From Antechinus flavipes (lineage: Eukaryota): a stretch of DNA of 64,000 bases. A program made the translations under genes and the position numbers. The stretch covers positions 262,632,001-262,696,000 of the forward strand of contig NC_067403.1 in NCBI RefSeq assembly GCF_016432865.1, written 5' to 3'. Positions within the stretch are counted from its first letter, which is position 1; each line of letters opens with the position of its first letter. The notes beneath the pieces were generated by a model. It ran no database searches. It saw only the letters and a list, made by a program, of their open reading frames with translations, and was not told the DNA's origin. Of the stretch, positions 1 through 15,704 are shown one piece after another.

Positions 1-224
1 GCCTCCCCCCCCCCCCCGGCCCCGGCTCAGAGCTTCCTCCTGGAGACGCCCCCCGGAGCGCCCAGATGAGGGGCGCCTCCTGCCCTGGGTGGGGGCTCCA
101 GGGACCCGAAAAGGCTCGGCCCCGCAGACTTGGGCCAAGTGCCCGGCTGGGGGTCTTGGGGGAACCTGGGCGGGGCCCTACGGGGGCGTCGTTCCCGAGA
201 GTGTGGGTGGGCGAGCGGCGTCCG

Positions 225-330
225 AGTGTGCACGCGTGTGTGTGTGTGTGTGTACGCGCACCTGCGTGTGCACCTGTGTGTGCCCGGCCAATGAGTCTGC
301 GTGTGCCGGGCGCGCGTGCGCGTGTTTGGC
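225..330. repeat. Alternating purine-pyrimidine tract with (TG)n core in the CTSD promoter
   Basis: gtgtgcacgcgtgtgtgtgtgtgtgtgtacgcgcacctgcgtgtgcacctgtgtgtgc...cgcgcgtgcgcgtgt. Confidence 0.8.
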
Positions 331-407
331 TCTCTCCGGCCCCGCCTCCGGCCCCGCCTCTCCGCTCCCCCCGCCCTGCGCGCTAGGATTAAGGCAGGCT
401 CGGCGGG

Positions 408-415
408 CACGTGAC
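408..415. promoter_or_regulatory. CLEAR element (TFEB/TFE3/MITF/USF E-box) CACGTGAC
   Basis: GGCACGTGACC lies ~120 bp upstream of the CTSD ATG. Its reverse complement GTCACGTG matches the CLEAR consensus typical of lysosomal gene promoters. Confidence 0.8.
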
Positions 416-533
416 CGCCGAAACTTACCCGAGCGTCAGCTGACCCAGCCGCCAGACCCGGACTGCTCCGTCATTGCCGGCCAGCTCCGGGCCCAGTCGC
501 AGCTCCAGCGCCCCCAGCCCCGCCGCCGCCGCC

Positions 534-5641
<5,108 letters not shown>

Positions 5642-6072
5642 GCGCCCCCTCGTTGCCCGCCAGGACGGGGGGCTTCTGGCGGAGGAATGGAGAGAGAACG
5701 TGGTCCGGAGAAGCCCCTTGCCGCCCCCCAGCCCCCACGACGCCCCCACTGATGCCCCCGCCCCCATACTCCGTGTATTCCCCTCCCCCCCCCGCCCCCA
5801 GGCACAAAAGGGCCACGGCTGCTGCTGAGCTTTGGCTGCGCCTTTGGACACAGAGGGAGCTGGGGGCTTGGCTCAGCCCCTCAGCCTCTCCTTAACCCCG
5901 AAACTTGGGGCTTCGCCCCCCACTCCCCCTTGCTCAAGGCTGAGCCGAGCTGAGGGTGTCGGCCGGGGCCCCGCAGGCCTGGGGGGGCCCGGGGCAGGCC
6001 GCGTCCTGCCTGAGCCCCTGGAGCCCCGCCCTGGGCCCCTCTCACTCCCTGATTGCCGACAGGCAGAGTGAA

Positions 6073-6078
6073 AATACA
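6073..6078 (+). terminator. Candidate non-canonical CTSD poly(A) signal AATACA
   Basis: Best PAS-like hexamer in the ~450 nt after the stop, followed by U/GU-rich sequence (TTTT...GTGTCAGTGTGTTTGTG). No AATAAA or ATTAAA seen before the L1 at 7.6 kb. Confidence 0.45.
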
Positions 6079-6799
6079 GGTTTTGGGGGGACCTTTTCCT
6101 GTGTCAGTGTGTTTGTGGGGGGCGGGAGGGAGGGCAGTGCGGATTGGTAGAAATGACCCGCCGGGAGCCACGGGTCGGATGTGCCGGTTGTTGGGCTCCC
6201 TCATCTCCCCGGGCCCCTGGGGGTGAGAGGCTGGTGGGCAAATCCTGCCTCCGGAGCCACCCAGAGCCCTGAGCCCCTCGAGCCCGGCCCAGCCGGGGTG
6301 TTCAGTCTCGGGCTTGTTCTAGTAGCTTCTCCCAGGGAGCTCAGGCCGGGGAGCTCGCTTAGGTGGGGGCGGGGAGCTGGGCCCTGAGGCCTCGGTGAGC
6401 GATGGGGTGGGTTCTGGATTCGAGTCTCATGGCCAGAAGGGGACAGCCGGGGCTGGCTTCTAGGCCTTTCAGGGCAAGACCCCAGCTGATCTGCTTGGGG
6501 ATGGGGGCCCAGAGGAAGTGAGTGAAGTACAGGGAGGGAGCACAGGGTTGGGAGGGGCAGTTCTTATAGAATCCAGTGGTGAGAGGGACCCTGGCAGGGC
6601 CCCCTGCCCAACAACTGGTCCTGGGTCTCAGTTCAGAGACCTCCAGGGAGCAGCTCCTCCCAGCTCTGGAGCTGCTGGGACGGTGCTGGAATGCCAGATG
6701 TGGATCCTGGCAAATTCTGCCCGTCGGGCCTCGTTCTGTCCCCTTGACCCTCCGAGTTCTGATCCAGCATTTTCTAACTTGGCGATTCTGGACAGTCCC

Positions 6800-6920
6800 T
6801 TCCACTTAGGTCTGTCTCAGTTTCCCCAGCTGTAAAATAGGCATTATGATAGCACCTCCTTTCCAAGGTGGTTGTGAGGGTCAAGGAGAGACTTAAAATG
6901 TCTGGGACATGATAAATGCT
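6800..6920 (+). mobile_element. MIR/CORE-SINE fragment
   Basis: CTCAGTTTCCCCAGCTGTAAAATAGG core followed by ...GTTGTGAGGGTCAA...ATAAATGCT. Confidence 0.7.
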
Positions 6921-7618
6921 TCCTCCCCTCCTCCTCTTTCCCCACTCCTCCCCTCCTCTCCTTTTCCTCTTTTTCCCTTCCCCTCCCTCCTCCCATCCCT
7001 CTAGCCAGGCTCTGGAGGAGGGAGAGCAGGGAGACTTCCAAATCACTGGTTAAAATGTGGGTCCAGGGCTGAGCCGGGAGCCGCCACTGGAGGCCGAAGG
7101 GACATCGAGCAGCTCTGGCTCCGGCTGGATGTTGTCTAACCCGGAGTCTGGCTTGAGAAGCGGGGGTTAAGGGTGGACTCCAGTTGCAGAGGGGGATCGA
7201 GAGCTTAGCAATGTCAGAAAAGAACGGGAGAGGCCCAGCGGGATCCAGTCTGGCCTGGCCTGGTTCTGGCTGGAGCAGGCTAAGTACCAGCCGCCTCCCC
7301 CACCCCAGCCAATCCGGGACCAGTCCAGCTGCCGCCCCCCCACCCCCTCAGCCTCCTGCGTGCTGACATCCCTGAGCGCCGGGCTGGCAGTGGCCCTCCT
7401 CCCGTCTTGTCTCTGAGCCTTCAAAAGCTGCCATCTCTGACCCTCCCCTGTATCTGGAAGAGGAAACCAGCCCTGCTCGCTGCCCTCACTACCCTGGACG
7501 CCTGGAGCTCTTTCTGGACCCCCCCAACACACACACACACTCATACACTCCCTGAGACTCCCTTGGGTTCCGGGCCTGACCTCCGTTCTCTCCATGTCTC
7601 TTTCTAAAGTTTGACCTG

Positions 7619-9870
7619 TGGAACATTTCCCAGTGAGCTCAGGAGTGAAACAAGGCCGCCCTCTGCCACAGATACTATCAATATTGTGTTAGAAACACCG
7701 GCCTCGGCAATGAGGCGAGAGAGATTAAAGGAATTCCAGTAGGCAATGAGGAAACCAAACTCTTGCTCTTTGCAGAGGACAGGATGGTACATTTAGAGAA
7801 CCCCCAAGATTCTATTATTAGAAATAATCCACACCTTTAGCAAAGTTGCAGGATACAAAATAAAGCCACATAAACCAATAGCATTTTTATACATCAACAA
7901 AATCCAACAGCAAGAGATCCAAAGAGAAATTCCAGTTAAAATAACTGTCGATAGCATAAAATATTTGGGAATCTATCAGCCCAAGGAAGGCCAGGAATTA
8001 TCTGAGCAAAATCATAAAAACTTTCCACACAAATAAAGTCAGATTTAAATAACTGGAAAAATATTAAATGCTCTGGGATAGGCCGAGTGAATATAATAAA
8101 GATGACAATACTCCCTAAACTAATCTATTTATCTAATGCTATACCAATCAGACTTCCAAAAAAATATTTTAATGACCTAGAAAAAATAACAACAAAATTC
8201 ATATGGAAGAACAAAAGGTCCAGAATCTCAAGGGAATTAATGAAAAAAAAAATCAAATGAAGGTGGCCTAGCTGTACCTCATCTAAAATTATATTATAAA
8301 GCAGCAGTCACCAAAACCATGTGGTATTGGCTAAGAAATAGACTAGTGGATCAGTGGAACAGGTAAAGTTCACAGGACAAAACAGTCAATGATAATAACA
8401 ATCTAGTGTTAGACAAACCCAAAGACCCCAGCTTTTGGGATAAGAATTCATTTGACAAAAACTTCTGGGAAAACTGGAAATTAGGATGGCAGAAATTAGG
8501 CTTGGACCCACACCTAACACTGTATACCAAGATAAGATCAAAATGGATCCATGACCTAGGCATAAAGAACCAGATTATAAATAAATTGGAGGAACATAGG
8601 ATAGTTTATCTCTCAGACTTGTGGAGGAGGAAGAAATTTGTGACCAAAGATGAACTAGAGACCATTACTGATCACAGAATAGAAAATTTCGATTATATCA
8701 AATTAAAAAGCCTTTGTACAAACAAGACTAATGCAAACAAGATTAGAAGGGAAGCAACAAACTGGGAAAACATCTTCACAGTTAAAGGTTCTGATAAAGG
8801 CCTCATTTCCAAAATATATAGAGAACTGACTCAAATTTATAAGAAATCAAGCCATTCTCCAATTGATAAATGGTCAAAGGATATGAACAGACAATTTTCA
8901 GAGGATGAAATTGAAACTATTACCACTCACATGAAAGAGTGTTCCAAATCATTATTGATCAGAGAAATGCAAATTAAGACAACTCTGAGATATCACCACA
9001 CACCTGTCAGATTGGCTAGAATGACAGGGAAAGAAAAGATAATGGGGAATGTTGGAGGGGATGTGGGAAAATTGGGACACTGATGCATTGTTGGTGGACT
9101 TGTGAACACATCCAGCCATTCTGGAGAACAATCTGGAACTATGCTCAGAAAGTTATCAAACTGTGCATCCCCTTTGATCCAGCAGTGTTTCTACTGGGCT
9201 TAGACCCCAAAGAGATACTAAAGAAGGGAAAGGGACCTGTATGTGCCAAAATGTTTGTAGCAGCCCTGTTTGTAGTGGCTAGAAGCTGGAAATTGAATGG
9301 ATGCCCATCAATTGGAGAATGGCTGGGTAAATTGTGGTATATGAATGTTATGGAATATTATTGTTCTGTAAGAAATGACCAGCAGGAGGAATACAGAGAG
9401 GCCTAGAGAGACCTACGTGGACTGATGCTAAGTGAGATGAGCAGAACCAGGAGATCATTAGATACCTCAACAACGATACTGTTTGAGGATGTATTCTGAT
9501 GGAAGTGGATTTCTTCGATAAAGAGAGCTTTAATTGATCAAAGATGGACAGAAGCAGCTCCACCCAGAGAAAGAACACTGGGAAATGAATATAAACTGCT
9601 TGCATTTTGGTTTTTCTTCCCGGGTTATTTCTACCTTCTGAATGCAATTCTCCCTGTGCAACAAGAAAACTGTTCGGTTCTGCACACATATATTGTATCT
9701 AGGATATACTGCAACCCATTCAACATGTAAAGGACTGCTTGCCATCTAGGGGAGGGGGTGGAGAGAGGGAGGGAGGGGAAAAATCGGAACAGAAGTGAAT
9801 GCAAGGGATAATGCTGTAAAAATTACCCTGGTATGGGTTCTGTCAATAAAAAGTTATAATTTAAAAAAAA
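7619..9870 (+). mobile_element. 5'-truncated marsupial LINE-1 (ORF2 RT/C-terminal part, 3'UTR, poly(A)); degenerate
   Basis: Starts in the RT domain (SGVKQG.PL..., FAEDRMVHLENP, the degenerate F/YADD region). ORFs 8406-9083 and 9083-9406 are ORF2 C-terminal pieces. G-rich 3'UTR, AATAAA 9845-9850 and A tail. Diverged TSD TAAAGTTTGACCTG (7605-7618) / TAAAGTTGGAGCTG (9871-9884). Confidence 0.95.
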
Positions 9871-10124
9871 TAAAGTTGGAGCTGCTCAGAGCTCCCACTG
9901 GTCTTGGCGATCTCGGAGCTGCTCCCCCTGCCCTTCCCTGGGCACCCCGGCTCCGACACGAGCTGCCTTCTCAGAGCCCTGAAACCCACTGGCTCCGGGT
10001 CCTGACGCCGCTCAGGTTACTCCTTTCTCCCAAACTCGGGCAGTGCAGTCCGGCCCTTTCTTCCCCTCCTTTTCCAGCTCCTTCCTGCTAGTGAGAATCA
10101 CACCCAAGGTAGGCTCTCCTGCAG

Positions 10125-10258
10125 AAGACAGAGATAGACAGAGACACAAAGAGAGATAGACAGAGACAGACACACAAGAGAGACAGAGACAGGGAGTCCG
10201 ACACACGGACAGAGACAGAGACACCGACAGAGACAGAGAGACACGGACAGACAGACAG
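10125..10258. repeat. (GACA/GA)n compound microsatellite
   Basis: agacagagatagacagagacacaaagagagatagacagagacagacacac... Confidence 0.8.
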
Positions 10259-10892
10259 CTCCCTGGAGAGGCCCCCTGCCCCATCCCGCCCCGCGGCCTG
10301 TGCCCCTCGCAGTGCGCTCGGAGCTTTCCCCCAGAAGCAGAACAGGGACTCGAGGCCGTTCCCTTGGAGATCAGGGGCGGCTGCCTGTTGGAGGGAATTA
10401 CTGACCCTGGGTCTCCCAAAGATGGGTTTGGGGGAGGCAGGCGCGACGTCTGGGTAAACTGGGCTAGTAAAGGAAACGAGGGGGGAGGGGCGCAGGGCTC
10501 TGTCTGCTTTTGCTTCTTAACCTTCCAGAGGAAACCCCAGGTCAGACTGAGGGCGCTGAGGCAGGATGGGCCAGAGTGGCGAGCCCCAGACTGGGGAGGC
10601 CGGAGGAAGAAGGGCCTGGTGCCCCGGGTGCTCCAGGTGGGGTGCTCCAGGTGCTCCAGGTGCTCCAGGTTCTCCGTGTCCCTGGCTCTAGGAAGAGTAG
10701 AGTGGGAATGGCTAAGCCTGTGCTCCGAGTGCCTTTCCGAAGCCTGGGGAGAGCAGAGAAGGGGCTGTAGGATCAGAGCGGGGCTGAAGGGCCCAGCCCC
10801 TGCCCTGGCCCACCTCCCCAGACAGGAAGGGAATGAAGCGCTGATGAGACCAGGGAGCTAAGTCCCTGCCAGGATTCATCTAGACCCCATAA

Positions 10893-11660
10893 TCTTTTTT
10901 TTCTTTTTTTAATAAAAGTTTTTTTATTTTCAAAAAACATGCATAGAGAATTTTTTCTTTAATTAAAAGCTTTTAAATTTCTTTATTTAATTAAATTTAT
11001 TTATTTATTTAACTAAAGCTTTTTATTTTCAAAATATCGACATGGATCATTTCCCACGTTGGCTCTCGCCAAGCCTTTTGTTCTAAGTTTTTCTCCTGCC
11101 CTCCCCTAGAGGCGGAGTCATCCAATATATGTTAGGCCTGGGCAAGTCCCCCATAGGCTTCCACATTTATCGCACAGCACAAGAAAAATCAGATCAAAAA
11201 GGGAAAAAATGAAAAAGGAAACAAAATGCAGTGAACACCAAAAAGAGTGAGAAGGCTGTTGTGCTCCCACGGTCCCCCCTGGGAGCGGACGGCTCTCCCC
11301 TCAGTGCCGTGCTCCCCGCCGGCCCCCACGGTCCCCCCTGGGAGCGGACGGCTCTCCCCTCGGTGCCGTGCTCCCCGCCGGCCCCCACGGTCCCCCCTGG
11401 GAGCGGACGGCTCTCTCCGCCACGGGACCATGGGAACTACCCTGGATCCTCATCGTTGGAGAGCCACGTCCCTTAGAACTGGTCCGGGGATGACCTTGCT
11501 ATTGGGGACAGTGACCCCTGGTCCTGCTCATTCCCTCAGTCTCCGCTCCTGGGAGTGTCCCCGGGCCCAGGGTGTCTCACAGAACATTGTTCTGCCGCCC
11601 CCACGGACCGGCAGCCACCCAGTTTCCAGTTTTCCACATGTGGGAGCCCCCCGATTCTTA
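10893..11660 (-). mobile_element. Old LINE-1 3' end (stacked tails plus 3'UTR), strongly GC-shifted
   Basis: T-rich tails at 10893-11030, then the reverse complement of an L1 3'UTR (GCACAAGAAAAATCAGATCAAAAAG...AAGAGTGA...GAGAGCCACGTCC). Colinear with the AT-rich copy at 34.04-34.97 kb. Confidence 0.8.
11266..11416. repeat. 59-bp tandem repeat (~2.6 copies) inside the old L1
   Basis: CCCACGGTCCCCCCTGGGAGCGGACGGCTCTCCCCTC(A/G)GTGCCGTGCTCCCCGCCGG; starts at 11266, 11325 and 11384. Confidence 0.92.
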
Positions 11661-11789
11661 ATGTGGGGTTGCTGCCCCCTGTGGGGTCTTGTGGGGGTTC
11701 TTATTGGTAAAGGTTTACTGTGTCTCCTTTATCTACTGATATATTTGGGGTCCCCCGGATTTCTCAGGCCAAAAAGGGCCTTTCTCGCA

Positions 11790-11980
11790 GCCTCTGCTTT
11801 TGATCTGATTTTTCTTTCACAAAATGACCACTGGAAATATGTCCCCAGTGCTTGCCCACATAGAGCCTCCGCGGGCCCCACGGGAGGGGGGGGGGTGCTA
11901 AGGGAGGGGAAGAGCAAAGGGAACACCAAATCTTGCAAAAATGACGCTGGAAAATGGTCGTTGGTGTGATTGCCAAAGTC
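11790..11980 (+). mobile_element. Old L1 3'-terminal fragment (GC-shifted)
   Basis: TTTTCTTTCACAAAATGAC..GGAAATATG...GGGAGGGG...TGGAAAATGG..TGTGATTG resembles a marsupial L1 terminus. A similar piece lies at ~13960-14130. Confidence 0.55.
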
Positions 11981-14963
11981 AGATGGTGTCGGAGCAAACC
12001 GAGAAGCGCAGTCCGGCAGGGGTTTCCAAAGTGGGGGGGGGGCGGTGGTCCCCGGGGGCCGCGGGCTTTTGGCAGGAGCAGCTGGGCCCAAAGCGGGGAG
12101 GGTGGGGCCGGAGCCAGGAAAACCTGGGGTCAGATCCAACCGCCCCCTCCCGGGGGTGATCCTGGGCCAGCCGGCAGCAAAAGAGGGAGACTAGTGGTCC
12201 CCGGGCCGGGGAGGAGGGGAGCAGCTTCTGGACCCTCTGGGCTCTCCCCAGGGGGACCCTCTCCTCCCATCCGAAAGCCCAGGGGGCCGCCAGGGCCCTC
12301 CGCCGTCCGCAGGGCCCTCTCCTTCCTGGGCTGGGGTCTGGGCCCCTGAGGCCCCGGGACAGGAAGTGGCCGGCGCCGCCGGGCCCTGGGGCCCTCTCTG
12401 GGTCTCCACTTCCTCTTCTCTCAAACGTGGGGGACGCGGATGACCTCAAAGGGCCCTGCAGGGGCTGTGGTGCCGTGATCTATGGACGCTCTCTGATCCA
12501 TGATCGATGGGCCTGGGCCGGCACAAAGGAAGCCCGGCCCGTGTTTCCATTGAAATCGATACCGTGCTGGAAGGGGAGAAATCAAGGGGATTGATGTTGG
12601 GGCCGGCCGGGAGGGAGGGAGGAGCCGGGGGCTGCAGATTTTTCAGAAGGAGAGGAGACAGCTGGTGCCCCGGCAGCTGACCCGAGCCGGGCCTGGCTTT
12701 GGGCAGGAAGATGGATGGCTGACCTGCCCTCCCGGGGCCGGCCCTCCCCAGCCCAAGCCGCCCGGCTTCCCAAGGACCGCCAGCCTCCCGGAGAACATGA
12801 TTTTTCAGAGAGGAAGAGGAATGGGTCGTAAAAGTGTCCGGGGCCCCCGCCGCCTCTGAAATATGAGCGGGGAGCGGGCGGCCGAGGCACCAGGGAGGCT
12901 GGCCGGGCTGCTGGGAATGGCGAGCATTTGGCCGACCGTTCGGGGCCAGTGACCTGCCCCGCTGAGATCCCGGCCGGGGGCGGGGGGAGGAGGAGGCTGC
13001 GGCTTCGGACAGATGCTCTGAGGCTTCAGGGGGCACGGGGCGGGGGTGGGGGGCTCCTGCCCCTGAAGCTTGTGAGCTCGGCCCTTGGTCCATAGGCAGG
13101 GGGATGGGGGCTGTTCCCCACCGAGCCCCCCAAGGTCGGCGGGGCCGGCAGTGCTCCCCGTCTGTGCTCCTGCCAGGGAAAGGCTTACCCGCAGAGCTCA
13201 GGCCCAGGCCCAGGCCGGAGGTGACGGCGGTCCCGGCCCAGCTAAGGGCCCCTGGGCCCCTCCGGCCTTCCCCAAGCTTTCCCAGCTCCTCAGGAGCAGC
13301 TGTGGTCCCGGTTGGGACGGCCTGAACGGCCCCTTCTTTCCTACTTTGTGGGGCCCACATCTGGCCTCCTGGGGATGGGGGCAGAGAGACCCGAGAGCCC
13401 GGGGGATCCTCCGAGAGGAGGCTCAGGCCCGCGGGGCCTCGGCTGAGGGAGGACGGTGGTCAGTCTGGACGGAGGCCCGGAGGTGGGGGAGGGGCTGCCC
13501 CCAGAAAGCCAGCGGGGCCCCAGCTGCACGTACACTAGGAACGGGAAGAGGGGCCGAGGGCTGGGGAGCCGGGGTTCATCTTCGGGGGGAGAGGGAGCCC
13601 CGGGACTCGGGAGCAGGGCAGCCACACGGTCCCGACTGGGACCTCAGGCCTCCGAGGAGCTTCTCTGTGTTTGCTGGGCCAGGGTCGGACGATGGGGTGG
13701 AGGCCAGGAGGGATGGAAGCGGGGCAGGCAGCAAAGGCCGGGGCGGCTCCGAACGCCGTCGAGGGGAGCAACCGGGGAGACTCGGCTTGCGTAAATGGGG
13801 GGCTGTCTTCCCAGCGATACCCGAGATGGGCCCAATGGCCTCGGGGGGGGGGGTCAGCACCCGGGGGGGAGCCAGGGAGCCTGGACACGGGATGCAAGCG
13901 GGCCAGCGCCGCCCCTTCTGTTGGCTCCCTCTCCCTCTCCCGCCCTGTTTCCCCTTTGGGTCCAATTTTTCTTTCACAACATGACAAATAGGGAAATGTG
14001 TCCAAAAGGCCCCCGCGTGGCCCCCCTATATCGGGCTGCCTGCTCTCTTGGGGACGGGGAGACGGGAACTCGAAATCTGACAAAAATAAGCGTGGAAAAC
14101 GATCTTGGCACATATTGGGGAAACTAAACACCGAGGAAAAAGGGGCTGTGGGGGCTGAGGGGGAAGGCAGATCCCGGGGGGGGGGACAAGCGGGTGCCTT
14201 CCGTTGGAGGACCACTGGGCATGAGACGGCAGGAAGTGGGGCACGCTGGGACCTCCCAGGAAGAGGGGAGGGCAACGTGCTGACCCCTAGCTCAGGGAAG
14301 ACGGAGCCTGGGGAGAAGTGTAGGGTCATGAGGACGGGGAACGCCACATACAACTCCACAGGTCCTCAGTTTACAATGAAGGAAAATTTTTTTTTCCCCA
14401 AGGAAATGCTAAATGAACTGGTACAAGGTCCACAGATCCCAAAGTGAAGAGTTAAATTGGGCTGTAAACCTGGTTCATTTAGGTCCAAATAATCAATGTT
14501 CCAAATACAACACGGGGAAAGACCCCCAAAAAGAATCTGGGGTCTCAGCAGACCTCAAGCTCAGTTGGGATCAGCCCTGTGATAAAACCACCGTCAGTTA
14601 GAGTGCTCGGGGCACGGAGGGGGGCCTCCCGCCCTCGGCTCCGGCCGGCACTGGCCGGCACTTCTGGGAGGAATTCTGAGGGCTCAGAGGCGGGGCCAAG
14701 GGCCCCAAGCCCGGTGAGAGCCCGAAGGTTGGGGCCTGTCTGCCCCTGGAACTGGGACTGGGGGGAGGGGGAGGAGGGGGCGGAAGCCAGCTTCTTCCTG
14801 CCCTTCGAGGCTGCCCTGGTCAGCACTACGGTCGTGCCCGCTTTGTGCCCTCCTGGGGGCACCGAGGCAGAGCCCCCACCCTGGGAGGGGAGGAGGAAGG
14901 GAGAACAAAGAAAGAGAAAGAGCCGAGCCACCTCCAAGGGGGGTCAGAGCTCATTCCTCTGAG

Positions 14964-15357
14964 GGGAGGGGGCGCTGCGAGACGGGAGGGGGTCTCTGCG
15001 AGACGGGAGGGGCCGCTGTGAGACGGGAGGGGCCTCTGTGAGACGGGAGGGGCCGCTGTGAGACGGGAGGGGGTCTCTGTGAGACGGGAGGGGGCGCTGT
15101 GAGACGGGAGGGGGCACTGTGAGACGGGAGGGGGCGCTGCAAGACGGGAGGGGGTCTCTGTGAGACGGGAGGGGCCGCTGTGAGACGGGAGGGGGCGCTG
15201 TGAGACGGGAGGGGCCTCTGTGAGACGGGAGGGGGCGCTGTGAGACGGGAGGGGGCACTGCCAGACGGGAGGGGGCACTGTGAGACGGGAGAGGGCATCT
15301 ATGAGACGGGAGGGGGCGCTGCGAGACGGGAGGGGGCGCTGTGAGACGGGAGGGGCC
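14964..15357 (+). repeat. 20-21-bp minisatellite (~19 copies)
   Basis: Unit GAGACGGGAGGGG(G)CGCTGT with variants (GTCTCT, GCCTCT, GCACT). Confidence 0.93.
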
Positions 15358-15704
15358 GTGCTGGGGGAGGAAAGGCTTTCCTGTCAGAGGTGCGGAAAGA
15401 AGCCTGGGGTCTGCGCCAGCCTGAGGGGTGGTAAAGGCTAAGGGAGGGGCCCTGAAGGTTGAGAAGGGGGTGGCCTTCAGCCCTCTCAGGCCTCTGAGGA
15501 GCTTCTCTGGTGTTTGCTGGGCCAAGGCCGGGGGGCCTGGGTGAGACCTGTGCCTTGGGAAGGGGGCTTGGCCAGAGAGGAGGGGCCGGGCTCGGGGTCC
15601 AGGCTTGAGGCGAAGAGGGGCCGCCCTGGCCCGTGGCTGGGTGAGCGCAGGGAGCCGGTGGCTAAGGAGCCTTGGTGCTCTTGGCAGGGCTCGGGCTTGG
15701 GCAG

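Noticed and set aside
423-431. Perfect antisense splice donor CGG|GTAAGT in the CTSD promoter
   Set aside because: A single hexamer is expected by chance every few kb, and no partner exon or acceptor was identified.
8406-9406. 225-aa and 107-aa ORFs
   Set aside because: Fragments of L1 ORF2 in a truncated, frameshifted element; not host genes.
14964-15357. Regular 20-bp repeat as a CRISPR-like array
   Set aside because: Eukaryotic context and no unique spacers; it is a simple minisatellite.
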